Made by a program: the position numbers and the translations under genes. This document shows, one piece after another, positions 1 through 9,447 of a stretch of 32,000 nucleotides of DNA; position 1 is the first letter of the stretch; each line of letters starts with the position of its first letter. Origin of the DNA: Nostoc sp. PCC 7120 = FACHB-418 (lineage in GTDB: Bacteria; Cyanobacteriota; Cyanobacteriia; Cyanobacteriales; Nostocaceae); contig NC_003272.1 of assembly GCF_000009705.1 (NCBI RefSeq), positions 2,820,001 to 2,852,000 on the forward strand, written 5' to 3'. The notes below the pieces were generated by a model. The model saw nothing but the letters and a program-made list of their open reading frames with translations. It was not told where the DNA came from and did no database searches.

Positions 1-689
1 TGTTTTTATCGCAAGTTCTGATTTATCTGGCCATTGGTCAAGTCCCCACCGGAGTGGCGATCGCCCTTTTCTTTGTCTATCCACTGATCAACGGGGTGTT
101 ATCCTGGCTTCTGTTCCGCGATCGCCCCGGTGTATTTCGCGCTAGTGCGATCGGCGCTATTTTCTGTGGTGAGGTGCTAGTTTTTGCGGGAGCAACCAGC
201 ACTGGTATAGGAACTACTCCCCTTGGTAGCATCACCGCAATTCTTGCTGGTGCAGCCTTTGCTTGTTACCTCATCCTGACCCGCGTATGTGCGGCTAAAG
301 TCCATCCAGTATCTTTGTCTTTGATTAACTTCGTCACCATGTTGGGGTTGAGTTTTATCTTCTTGATGATACCGTTACCGGAAAACTGGAGCTTAGTTGT
401 TGACCCTTCTAAGTTACTGGAAATTGTGTTAAGTGCTTTTATTTTGGGTGCTTTAACTCTATTGAGCTATGTATTTAGCCATATTGGGATCAATAAATTA
501 GGTGGGTTGCGGTCAGCTATTATTAGTGCAAGTGTACCTATTTTGACAGTAATTCTTGCTGGTTTGGTACTTCAAGAAACTTTAAACATTGCCCAAATAT
601 TCGGAGTTTTATTCGTCACTTTTGGGGCAATTGCTTTTGGTATTGGCAAAATACAAAATCCCAACAAACCTGCCAATGCAGAAGGTTAA
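1..689 (+). CDS. DMT/EamA-family membrane transporter, 5' end cut by the window edge
   Basis: Frame 3 is open from base 3, so the GTG at 54 is only the ORF-finder start. The product is a series of hydrophobic helices typical of EamA repeats. Stop TAA at 687-689. Confidence 0.75.
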   Translation, partial: FLSQVLIYLAIGQVPTGVAIALFFVYPLINGVLSWLLFRDRPGVFRASAIGAIFCGEVLVFAGATSTGIGTTPLGSITAILAGAAFACYLILTRVCAAKVHPVSLSLINFVTMLGLSFIFLMIPLPENWSLVVDPSKLLEIVLSAFILGALTLLSYVFSHIGINKLGGLRSAIISASVPILTVILAGLVLQETLNIAQIFGVLFVTFGAIAFGIGKIQNPNKPANAEG

Positions 690-1328
690 ACCCTTATGAC
701 AAAGGACTTATAATCAAAACAAATGTTTGGTCACTTAGGTAGCAGGAAGAGAATAATTAATAACTCTGGACTTCTGGCTCAGTAGTCATAATGGCTTAAT
801 GTCAGCAAACCTTGATTTTTCCATGGAAAAACCATTGGTTATTCATCAATCCTGGAAATTTTTAGCAAAAGAAAAGTTAAGAGTAGATTAATTCATGCAA
901 TTTTAATAATATGACAGATAAATATAGAATATTATGTTGTGAGGAAATAAAAGGTATTGCTAAGTTGGAATTACCTGTCTTATTTAGCGTCTATAATTTT
1001 CCCTCCAGCCAACGACCTACACTGCCATAAGAGCAAAAAAATTGTCAGCATCTCGGCAGATAAGAACGCTCTATTGATTCAATGGGCGTTAGTGAGTTTG
1101 GCGTAGTCGGCAGGTGACTTTTTCAAAAAATCACTTCCTGTTATTTCTGGAAATAATCGGTCAGCATCTGAGTAAAATTACTCAGGAATAGAGTATTCAC
1201 CTCAAGGAGAGATTGTGCGATTATAATCTCCCATTGTTGGCCGTTGTGTTGCTATCTCCTAAATCCGGGTGCAGCCCAAAAGTCTTAAAAATAGCAAATT
1301 TATTGACGCTATTAAAGAGCAGATAAGT

Positions 1329-1367
1329 TCCGGATAATAGGGAAAGTCCTTGTAGGTTACTTATTAG
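1329..1367 (+). promoter_or_regulatory. Putative heterocyst-specific hetR promoter: DIF1 motif TCCGGA (1329-1334), TAnnnT-type -10 TAGGTT (1353-1358), predicted TSS near 1367
   Basis: TCCGGA is read directly in the sequence. Position 1367 is 271 nt upstream of the hetR ATG, matching the published -271 heterocyst-specific start site. The motif is centred at about -35 from that point, with an 18-nt spacer to the -10. Confidence 0.6.
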
Positions 1368-1613
1368 AACCATAAAGTTCGCCAGTAATTGACAAATGTT
1401 ATAAATGAGGAAATTCTGGCAGTTATTTTGTGATTTTTCGGTAAGATACAAGCACGTCTAGTAACAACACTGTTGCTAGTTATATGCCATAAATTACGGA
1501 GGAATGAGCATCTTGACCATTAATCGACTTTTATTTAAAACATCATAAGCATTTTGGTGTCACAATCTCACCCCCCTATGGGTGTATACCAACTACTTTT
1601 TTTAGACTAATAA

Positions 1614-2537
<924 letters not shown>

Positions 2538-2817
2538 GCACCCAGAGTGAATAAAAGTACTAGTAATGTTTCATTGAGAAACTTATGCTAGTGATGACAA
2601 ATGACTCGGCGAATTAAATTAAATACTTGGCATGGCAGATGACACAGCAGCGATGGGCGGTTTTAACTGCTAAAAATTCAGGATTTGATCCCTGATGTAG
2701 CAAGAATGAAGCCAACGCGACAAGAGTCGTTTCGGGGAAGTTAAAAGCAGCCTATCGCGTGCGGATGTCCCTTGTGTCAAAATCTTAGTTTAAGTAATAA
2801 GTATTGGTTAGGCTAGA

Positions 2818-4032
2818 TTAGAGAAAATTACTCATTCGTTCAACGGCAATTTTTAATATAGATGGTTCATGGACTAGGGCAAAGCGCACATATCCTTCAC
2901 CAGATTTGCCGAAGCCAGCACCAGGGGAAGCCGCTACACCAGTTTGTCTGACTAACTGTGTACAAAATTCTATGGAATTTTGACTCCAAGAAGACGGTAA
3001 TTTTGCCCAGATATACATAGTGGCTTTGGGAGTGGGAACATACCAACCAATGTGGTGTAGAGCATTAATAAAGGCATCACGACGTTGGCAAAATGTTGAC
3101 ACAGCAGCTTCTACGCCTGCTTGCGGGCCAGTCAGAGCAGCGATCGCTCCATTTAAAATTCCCCGATACTGGTTAAAATCAACGGCTGCTTTGATTTGCC
3201 GTAAAGCCTGAATCATCTGGGCATTACCGATAGCATAGCCAATGCGAAAGCCGCCCATATTATAAGACTTAGAAAGAGTGAAAAATTCAATAGAAACGCT
3301 TTTATCTGGGTCAGCTTGGAGAATTGAAGGGACTAGGGATTGGTGATTAGGGATTGGGGATTGGGGAAGATTTGTATTCAAGTTCCCAGCATTCTCAAAC
3401 ACCATATCCACATAGGGAAAATCATGCACCAATGCAATGTTATGTTCCTGACAAAAAGCCACGGCTTCCTTAAAGAAAGATAAAGGTGCGATCGCTGCTG
3501 TGGGATTGTGAGGATAGCTTAATACCATCATCCGCGACTGAGCCAAGACATCCGTCGGGATATCAGCAAACACAGGTAAGAAATCATTTTCTGCCTTTAA
3601 TGGCATTGGGTAAATTTGCCCACTAGCTAAGTAAACTCCCCCAGCATGGGAAGGGTAGCCGGGATCAAGTAGTAAAGCAAAATCCCCAGGATTGAGCAAT
3701 GCCAAAGGTAAATGAGCAGTACCTTCCTGGGAACCAATTAAAGGCAGTACTTCAGTTTCGGGATCGACTTTCACCCCAAATTTTTGTTCATACCAGTTAG
3801 CTGCGGCTTGACGAAAATCCCTTGTCCCATTAAAAAGCAAGTAGCCGTGGGTACTGGGATCATATAAAGATTTAGCGATCGCTTCAATCACATGAGCTTC
3901 GGCTGGCAAATCTGAAGATCCTAGAGACAAATCAATTAACTCTTTCCCTGCTGCTAAAGCCAAGGACTTAGCCTTATCCATATCAGCAAAGACATTAGAT
4001 TGCAGAGGGTGTAAACGCTGTGAGAATTGCAT
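2818..4032 (-). CDS. PLP-dependent class I/II aminotransferase (aspartate / LL-diaminopimelate aminotransferase-like)
   Basis: 404-aa ORF with ATG start. It has the PLP-lysine block FTLSKSYNMGGFRIGY and an N-terminal LSLGSSDLP motif typical of the family. Confidence 0.9.
   Translation of the reverse strand: MQFSQRLHPLQSNVFADMDKAKSLALAAGKELIDLSLGSSDLPAEAHVIEAIAKSLYDPSTHGYLLFNGTRDFRQAAANWYEQKFGVKVDPETEVLPLIGSQEGTAHLPLALLNPGDFALLLDPGYPSHAGGVYLASGQIYPMPLKAENDFLPVFADIPTDVLAQSRMMVLSYPHNPTAAIAPLSFFKEAVAFCQEHNIALVHDFPYVDMVFENAGNLNTNLPQSPIPNHQSLVPSILQADPDKSVSIEFFTLSKSYNMGGFRIGYAIGNAQMIQALRQIKAAVDFNQYRGILNGAIAALTGPQAGVEAAVSTFCQRRDAFINALHHIGWYVPTPKATMYIWAKLPSSWSQNSIEFCTQLVRQTGVAASPGAGFGKSGEGYVRFALVHEPSILKIAVERMSNFL
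3329..3370. repeat. Six tandem heptamers (GGGACTA GGGATTG GTGATTA GGGATTG GGGATTG GGGAAGA) lying in-frame inside the aminotransferase CDS
   Basis: Read directly. 42 nt equals 14 codons, encoding the low-complexity stretch ..LPQSPIPNHQSLVP.. on the minus strand. Confidence 0.85.
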
Positions 4033-4043
4033 ATTAGTCCTTG

Positions 4044-4125
4044 GTCAGTTGTCAGTTGTCAGTTGTCAGTTGTCAGTTGTTGTTTGTTTTTCACGACTGA
4101 CTACTAACCACTGACTACTGACTAA
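4044..4125. repeat. STRR-type heptamer array: (GTCAGTT)x5, then a roughly complementary arm (ACTGACT-like x4), forming an imperfect long hairpin
   Basis: Read directly. It fills almost the whole gap between the thioredoxin stop and the aminotransferase start. Confidence 0.9.
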
Positions 4126-4457
4126 TTATTATTTAAATGCGTATCTAGGAAACTGAGTAATTTATCTTTACTAATCACTCCTTCGGTAGAGTCTAATATC
4201 TGTTCTCCTTTTACTAATCTGAGGGCTGGTACGCCTTCTACCTTGTATTTTTTGACAGTTGTGGGATTAGGATCAATTTCCAGTTTGACGACTTTCAAGC
4301 GATCGCTGTAGGTATTAGCCGCTAAATTAATCAGTGGTGACATCAACTGGCACGGCCCGCACCAAGAAGCCCAGAAATAAACTAATACAGGCTGCTCGGC
4401 TTTCAACACTTCGCTTTCAAACTCAGCATCAGTTATGGTGATTACACCCTTACTCAT
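4122..4457 (-). CDS. Thioredoxin (WCGPC active site), about 111 aa
   Basis: WCGPC motif and thioredoxin fold length. ATG at 4457 (MSKGVITITDAEF) has a GGAGA Shine-Dalgarno about 8 nt upstream. The 4496 start in the ORF track is probably an over-extension. Confidence 0.9.
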   Translation of the reverse strand: MSKGVITITDAEFESEVLKAEQPVLVYFWASWCGPCQLMSPLINLAANTYSDRLKVVKLEIDPNPTTVKKYKVEGVPALRLVKGEQILDSTEGVISKDKLLSFLDTHLNNN

Positions 4458-4525
4458 TGCAGTCTCCATTAGTTGGCATCGATACAAAGTTGGCACACAA
4501 ATTACTGTATCTCAAACTGGGAGCT

Positions 4526-4546
4526 AGTTGTCAGTTGTTAGTTGTC
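4526..4546. repeat. Short heptamer array AGTTGTC AGTTGTT AGTTGTC
   Basis: Read directly, between thioredoxin and vipp1. Confidence 0.8.
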
Positions 4547-4624
4547 ACTAGCAAGGGACAAACAGAACAAAATCCCACAACCAAGAGGCGTGGGACTAAC
4601 TAAAAATTTGTTAGGCTGCAAATC

Positions 4625-5401
4625 TTACAACTGATCTAATTGTTTGCGTAGGGCATCCAATTCAGAATCAACAACCTCTTTAGATTTAGGCGCAGTGGAC
4701 TGTTGTTCCTGTTGTTGTGGGGGTAATAGGTTTTGCTCAGGTGCAGGAGCTAAAGAGGCTTTCAAGGCTGCCAATTCGTCATCAACATCGCTGCCAGATT
4801 CTAAGCGGGCAAATTGGGTTTCTAGGTCTGCTCCGGCTAACTCTGCTGCTGATTGGGCGCGGGCTTCCTGCATCAAGACTTTTTCTTCCATGCGCTCAAA
4901 GGCAGCCATAGCACTACTGCTATTCATACCACGTACCATCCCTTCCAGTTGCTCTTGGGCTTTGGCGGTGGTAATCCGCGCTTTGAGCATTTCTTTCTTG
5001 GTTTTGGCTTCAGAAATCTTGCTTTCTAGCTGGATTAAGTTGCGCTTGAGGGTTTCAACTTGAGTGCTTTGTTGATCTAGGCTAGTTTTTAGGGCTGTGC
5101 CGGTTTCGGTATAAGTCTTTTTCCGCTCTAGGGCTTGTCTGGCTAGGTTCTCGTCACCTTTCTGCAAAGCTAATTGGGCATTGCGTTGCCACTTATTAAT
5201 TTCATTTTGGGCATCACTATATTGTTTCTCTGTACGTTTTTGGGCAGCGATCGCTTGAGCTACTCCTTGACGTAACTGTACCAAGTCTTCCTGCATTTCC
5301 AGGATGGCTTGCTCCAGCATTTTTTCTGGATCTTCGGCCTTATTGACTAAATCATTGAGGTTAGCACTGACTACTCGCTTAATGCGATCAAATAATCCCA
5401 T
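4625..5401 (-). CDS. vipp1: PspA/IM30 family protein with C-terminal extension, Vipp1-like (258 aa)
   Basis: N-terminus MGLFDRIKRVVSANLNDLVNKAEDPEKMLEQAILEMQEDL is the PspA/Vipp1 signature. It is a coiled-coil protein with an extra C-terminal tail after a Pro/Gln-rich linker, as in Vipp1. Confidence 0.85.
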   Translation of the reverse strand: MGLFDRIKRVVSANLNDLVNKAEDPEKMLEQAILEMQEDLVQLRQGVAQAIAAQKRTEKQYSDAQNEINKWQRNAQLALQKGDENLARQALERKKTYTETGTALKTSLDQQSTQVETLKRNLIQLESKISEAKTKKEMLKARITTAKAQEQLEGMVRGMNSSSAMAAFERMEEKVLMQEARAQSAAELAGADLETQFARLESGSDVDDELAALKASLAPAPEQNLLPPQQQEQQSTAPKSKEVVDSELDALRKQLDQL

Positions 5402-5563
5402 AACTTTGTTTTTCCTTTTGGAGTTTACGCGCTTGGTTGATTAGTTCGCTTTTTTACTATTTAATAGCTTCCACTTTCAATGTAATCTTTCCGGTTGGCT
5501 TCAGTCAGTCCCGACACCCGTTAATAGTTAAGATATATCCTAGAGTTGGTAATTAACTAAATT

Positions 5564-6271
5564 TTAATAGTTTTCGCCTTGAGGTAGTTGCTGCTGAGGG
5601 GTATTTTCTCCTGCGCTTAAGGCTTGGGTTTTCATTGCTGCTAGTTGACTATCAACATCGTTAGCCGCTTCTAGAGAATCGAATTGTTTTTGCAAGTCGT
5701 CGCTACCCATTTGAGTGATGAGTTCTGATTTTGCTTCTATTTGCAAAACTTTTTCCTCCATCCGCTCAAAAGCACTCAAGCTGCTAGTGGCTGAACCTCC
5801 ACTTAACATTTCTTGAAGTTTGTAAGATGCTTCTGCTGAACGAGCGCGAGCGATATACATATCTTTTTTAGTCTTCGCCTCGGCAATTTTTAACTCTAGT
5901 GAGCGCATATCTTTTTTCAGTCTATCTACTATCTCGATTTGCTCTCCTATTTGACTTGAGAAGGTCTTAGCCGCATCTACATAAGACTGGCGTTTGGTCA
6001 AGGCTTCTCTCGCCAGAGGTTCATTACCTTGTTGTAGTGCTAATTGAGCGCGGCGATACCATTCTTCTGCGGTGGACTGGGCAGATGCGGCTTGGCGTTC
6101 AGTGCGTTTTTGGGTGGCGATCGCCTGTGCTACTCCCTGTCGCAATTGCAGCAAGTTATCCTGCATTTCCATGACAGCTTGTTCCAGAATTTTTTCTGGA
6201 TCTTCTTTGCTGGCTACCACACTATTGAAGTTAGCGCTAATCACCCTTTGGATACGCTTAATCAGTTCCAT
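5564..6271 (-). CDS. pspA: PspA/IM30 family protein, PspA-like paralog (235 aa)
   Basis: MELIKRIQRVISANFNSVVASKEDPEKILEQAVMEMQDNL parallels the neighbouring Vipp1. ATG at 6271 has a GGAGAG Shine-Dalgarno upstream. The 48-aa extension to 6415 in the ORF track has no family counterpart. Confidence 0.8.
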   Translation of the reverse strand: MELIKRIQRVISANFNSVVASKEDPEKILEQAVMEMQDNLLQLRQGVAQAIATQKRTERQAASAQSTAEEWYRRAQLALQQGNEPLAREALTKRQSYVDAAKTFSSQIGEQIEIVDRLKKDMRSLELKIAEAKTKKDMYIARARSAEASYKLQEMLSGGSATSSLSAFERMEEKVLQIEAKSELITQMGSDDLQKQFDSLEAANDVDSQLAAMKTQALSAGENTPQQQLPQGENY

Positions 6272-6514
6272 TTCGGCTCTCCATTCACTTTTGCCAGTCA
6301 ACCCCAATAAGGAAATTCTTGCATAGCCTACGGTAAAACTTGCGCCAACAAAATTCAAGAAATTAATTTTGCAGAAGTGTGCAAGCACGGTTAGTAGGCA
6401 AGCTAGAGGTATCACATTTGAGTTTTGCTGGCGTTAGCACGAAAAAATGCCCCACACCTCATATCCAGTCTTTTTTGTTTCCTATTCCTTAATCCTATCG
6501 TAAATTTTTGCAAC

Positions 6515-7834
6515 CTATGGCTGCTGTAGGCGTGCTTTAATCCCCTTAGCCTGTAGCTGTTTTAACCTTTGCTCTGCCTCTTCTTTTGTCTTGACTGTAG
6601 CCAGATAGATTAACGTGCTGTTTCTTGACAAGTAAGCATCGGGAACTACTTGGCGTGCCGCAGTCAGGGCATTAGCTCCTTGATTGTCTATCACTATATG
6701 GTACAGTCCATCTGCTGAGGGTTTGATTTGGTTGCTAGCTGGGGGCAGAGTTGCTGTCCCTTGCGGCAAGGGTTGTAAGCGGGGAGTTGATGAGGCATCT
6801 AAGGTAGGTAAAGGTTGCGCCTCTGGTAAGGGGTTGGTAACAGGAGGTATAACTGGCTGCTGGATAGGAAGAGTGTTGGCGGGGGCGATGGGTGTTGGTT
6901 GTACTTTAGGTTTTAAGCCAACTACATCAATAGGATTTCTCAACTCTGGAAACTCTCTAGCAGTTAAGTCTGGATATTTAGGAATGGAAGTCAGTTCTGG
7001 TTGCGATTGACTTGGGGGATTATTGGCAACTTCTGGGGGATTTTCGGTAGTAGGAGAAGAATTACCGTTAAATAATCTGCCAAAATTTAGCTGGGGTAAG
7101 GTTTTGGGATTGAAAACGACGTAACCTAAAGTCAGGCTTGCTACTAATAACAGCAACATGGAACCGATGCCTAAAGGTGATAGCAGGCTATCGCTAGAGT
7201 TGTTGGTTTGGCTAGTTTCTGACTGTTCATCTGTGAGACTCCGCAGTAGTGCTTCACTGGATTCTAAATAGTCATTGGGCTGGGCAGGAGTATCATTAGC
7301 TAAGAGTTTTTCGCTTTGACTACCTTGAGCGATCGCCGGTACTATACTGCTAGTGTCGGTGGAGTTAGCTGGAGGTAAAGGAATTTGTGTATTGCCTTCA
7401 GGTGTGGTGTCTAGGGGAGCGTTATTTGGTGTTTCTGTCTTGGCAACAGTTGTAGGAGTGTAAGGATTTAGGCGTGGAGGCGAGGATATATTTTCCGCAC
7501 TAGGTGTTGGGTTTTTGTCGTGAACAGGTGACTTGATAATAATTGAGGCTGTTTTCTCCTCAGGGCTTGCGGGAAGAGATAAAGGTTTTGCCTGGTATTT
7601 ACTTTCTACTGTCAATGGCTGAGTATGTGCCATTGTGGCATTCTGATCGGTCAACTCTTGAGGATAATTATGAACATAACTATTCACACGAGATGGGCTG
7701 TTTGCCCTGATTCCCATACGTGTGCGCCGATAACGAGCTAATTCTTGTTCTAACTGCACTTCCAAACTCGCTAGTGCCGCAACTAATGGTTGTTTTAGTC
7801 CAGTACTAGAATCTATCAGGGGTTTTTGACTCAT
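6515..7834 (-). CDS. Bitopic membrane protein: N-terminal helix, Pro/Thr/Ser-rich regions, one TM (about aa 217-241), SPOR-like C-terminal domain
   Basis: 439-aa ORF with ATG start. Hydrophobic segment LLSPLGIGSMLLLLVASLTLGYVVF. The last ~70 aa (LYHIVIDNQGANALTAARQVVPDAYL..TLIYLATVKTKEEAEQRLKQLQAKGIKARL) fit the beta-alpha-beta-beta-alpha-beta SPOR pattern. Confidence 0.75.
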   Translation of the reverse strand: MSQKPLIDSSTGLKQPLVAALASLEVQLEQELARYRRTRMGIRANSPSRVNSYVHNYPQELTDQNATMAHTQPLTVESKYQAKPLSLPASPEEKTASIIIKSPVHDKNPTPSAENISSPPRLNPYTPTTVAKTETPNNAPLDTTPEGNTQIPLPPANSTDTSSIVPAIAQGSQSEKLLANDTPAQPNDYLESSEALLRSLTDEQSETSQTNNSSDSLLSPLGIGSMLLLLVASLTLGYVVFNPKTLPQLNFGRLFNGNSSPTTENPPEVANNPPSQSQPELTSIPKYPDLTAREFPELRNPIDVVGLKPKVQPTPIAPANTLPIQQPVIPPVTNPLPEAQPLPTLDASSTPRLQPLPQGTATLPPASNQIKPSADGLYHIVIDNQGANALTAARQVVPDAYLSRNSTLIYLATVKTKEEAEQRLKQLQAKGIKARLQQP

Positions 7835-8053
7835 TGCCTCTGTACCTCATTTTGTCAAGGGGGAGTGGGGAATTAACAATTCAAAATTTATCTGGAAAAG
7901 TTGAGCCAGTTAGGTGGTGTTCGCGTTACATCTCCATTAGGAAAGGCAGTCTGCTCTTCTCTACGAGATGCTAGTTGTGTACCAATGCTAAGGAAAATTG
8001 TCTATTAGTATAGATCCCAGAACCAAGCTCAATTCTGGCTGTTATTTGGCAAG

Positions 8054-8611
8054 ATGTCTTTTAAATCTGTTAATGATATTTTAGGTGTTCTGGAAAAGCA
8101 GGCGAAATGGCAACAACAACCATTTCAGCAAGTATGCCAGTTTTGGGCAGAAGTTGTAGGTAGTGCCATTGCTTCCCAAACTCAACCTTTATCACTACAG
8201 CGTGATGTTTTACGCGTAGCAACTTCTAGCGCCGCTTGGGCGCAAAATTTGACATTTAGCCGTCAAACGTTACTTTTAAAGTTAAATCAAAAGTTATCTA
8301 CCCCTCTTGTAGATTTGCGTTTTTCTACTGCTGGTTGGCAACGCCATCCACAGAAGGGAAAAGCACTACCAATAGCGTTACATAGCCAACATCCCAGTTA
8401 TTTGGGTGATGTCAATGAAGACCAGGGTCAAGTAACAGCAGTTAATCAGGATGTGAATCAGGTTTTTGGTCATTGGGCCAAGACAAGGCAGAGGCGATCG
8501 CAAAATTTACCCCTTTGTCCTCAATGTCAATGCCCTACGCCACCAGGCGAACTCCAGCGTTGGGGGGTTTGTGGGTTTTGTAGCGTTAAGCAGTTGCCCC
8601 AAAATATGTAA
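8054..8611 (+). CDS. DUF721 / DciA-like protein with C-terminal Cys4 zinc ribbon
   Basis: The central block LRVATSSAAWAQNLTFSRQTLLLKLNQKL resembles cyanobacterial DUF721 proteins. The C-terminus carries CPQCQC..(x)..CGFC. Confidence 0.65.
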   Translation: MSFKSVNDILGVLEKQAKWQQQPFQQVCQFWAEVVGSAIASQTQPLSLQRDVLRVATSSAAWAQNLTFSRQTLLLKLNQKLSTPLVDLRFSTAGWQRHPQKGKALPIALHSQHPSYLGDVNEDQGQVTAVNQDVNQVFGHWAKTRQRRSQNLPLCPQCQCPTPPGELQRWGVCGFCSVKQLPQNM

Positions 8612-8983
8612 TTATTTTCTGTATAAAAATGCTGTTTTTATATAAAATTGAAGCTAGTTGTCAACGTCACTTTTTTACTAAAAAGAACCTGATAACCTTA
8701 CTGAGACCAGAGATATTACAGCTTAATTAAAAAAATCTCCTACGTCTAAAGTTTTATCTTTACCGTTGATCCCCAATAAGTTATTGGCGATAATTTATAT
8801 GTAACCACTATAAGTAACATTGAAAAATATAACATAAATCTAAAAACATAATAAAGTTTATTTTGCCGTTAAAAGGGTTATAACCTAGATATAATCACGG
8901 GTTATGGGATCAATACGTATTTCTATCTAGAAGGAAAATATAGAGACGAAATCAGCCCTAAACGGCACTAAAGATGAAACCAA

Positions 8984-9298
8984 ATGAAACCCATTAATTC
9001 TTTGACATCTGCCTGTCGATATTGTCGCCATTACAAGCCAGAGGGTCGCCGAGGCGGGATGTGCCAACAGCTGGGAGCGCCTGTGCAAGCCTGTTGGAAA
9101 GCTTGCTCTTTAGCGCTACCACCTTTTGCTCCTTCTTGGGAAACGTTGGAAGATGCTTGGAGTTTACCTGATGCCACACCAGTGTTAGTAGAATCTGAAC
9201 CGTTGGTGTGTAATGTAGAAAATGCTGTTTTTGCCTTAACTCAGGAGAAAACTGCCTCTACTTCTGAACAAGCAAAAGCTGAGACAGTACTTATTTAA
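8984..9298 (+). CDS. Small Cys-rich protein of unknown function (104 aa)
   Basis: ATG-initiated ORF in otherwise empty DNA. It has five Cys in the first 42 aa (CRYC-x12-C-x9-C-x3-C). No family assignment is possible by eye. Confidence 0.55.
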   Translation: MKPINSLTSACRYCRHYKPEGRRGGMCQQLGAPVQACWKACSLALPPFAPSWETLEDAWSLPDATPVLVESEPLVCNVENAVFALTQEKTASTSEQAKAETVLI

Positions 9299-9365
9299 CC
9301 ATTCATATATTACCTGACTGTGTTTGCAGTCTGCGTAGAATTTAGATTTGCCTTTTAAGATTTAT

Positions 9366-9446
9366 AGTTGGGGTCTGGAGATTAGGAGTTGGGGACTGGT
9401 GACTAATTAATTTTTCCAATACCCAATACCTAATCTTTAATACCCG
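9366..9446. repeat. STRR-type heptamer-rich inverted arms (..AGATTAGGAGTTGGGGACTGGTGACT.. / ..CCAATACCCAATACCTAATCT..)
   Basis: Read directly. It lies between the convergent 104-aa ORF and menB. Confidence 0.75.
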
Positions 9447-9447
9447 A

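Noticed and set aside
1221-1451. 76-aa minus-strand ORF inside the hetR upstream region
   Set aside because: It overlaps the DIF1 promoter and the predicted -271 and -184 start sites. The product is low-complexity and AT-biased, with no Shine-Dalgarno and no recognisable motif. It is most likely a chance ORF in AT-rich DNA.
3020-3211. 63-aa plus-strand ORF antisense to the aminotransferase
   Set aside because: A shadow ORF inside a well-supported CDS.
4044-4125. Heptamer arrays considered as possible CRISPR-like repeats
   Set aside because: The units are 7 nt and directly abutting, with no spacers. This is STRR-type microsatellite DNA, not CRISPR. No cas genes are present.
4458-4496. N-terminal extensions proposed by the ORF track (4496, 6415, 12923, 15903, 16283, 21018, 22276, 26854, 29712, 31499)
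   Set aside because: Most use TTG or GTG, or add residues with no family counterpart. Internal ATG codons with Shine-Dalgarno-like sequences give products of canonical length, so the shorter models were preferred. Starts remain unverified.
4644-5063. Plus-strand ORFs (4644-5063, 4717-4911) antisense to vipp1, and 6044-6326 antisense to pspA
   Set aside because: The coiled-coil genes use repetitive codons that keep antisense frames open. The products are Ser/Cys/Arg-rich nonsense.
6684-7010. 108-aa plus-strand ORF antisense to the Pro-rich linker of the SPOR-like protein
   Set aside because: A Gly-rich mirror image of a Pro-rich coding region, so a shadow ORF.
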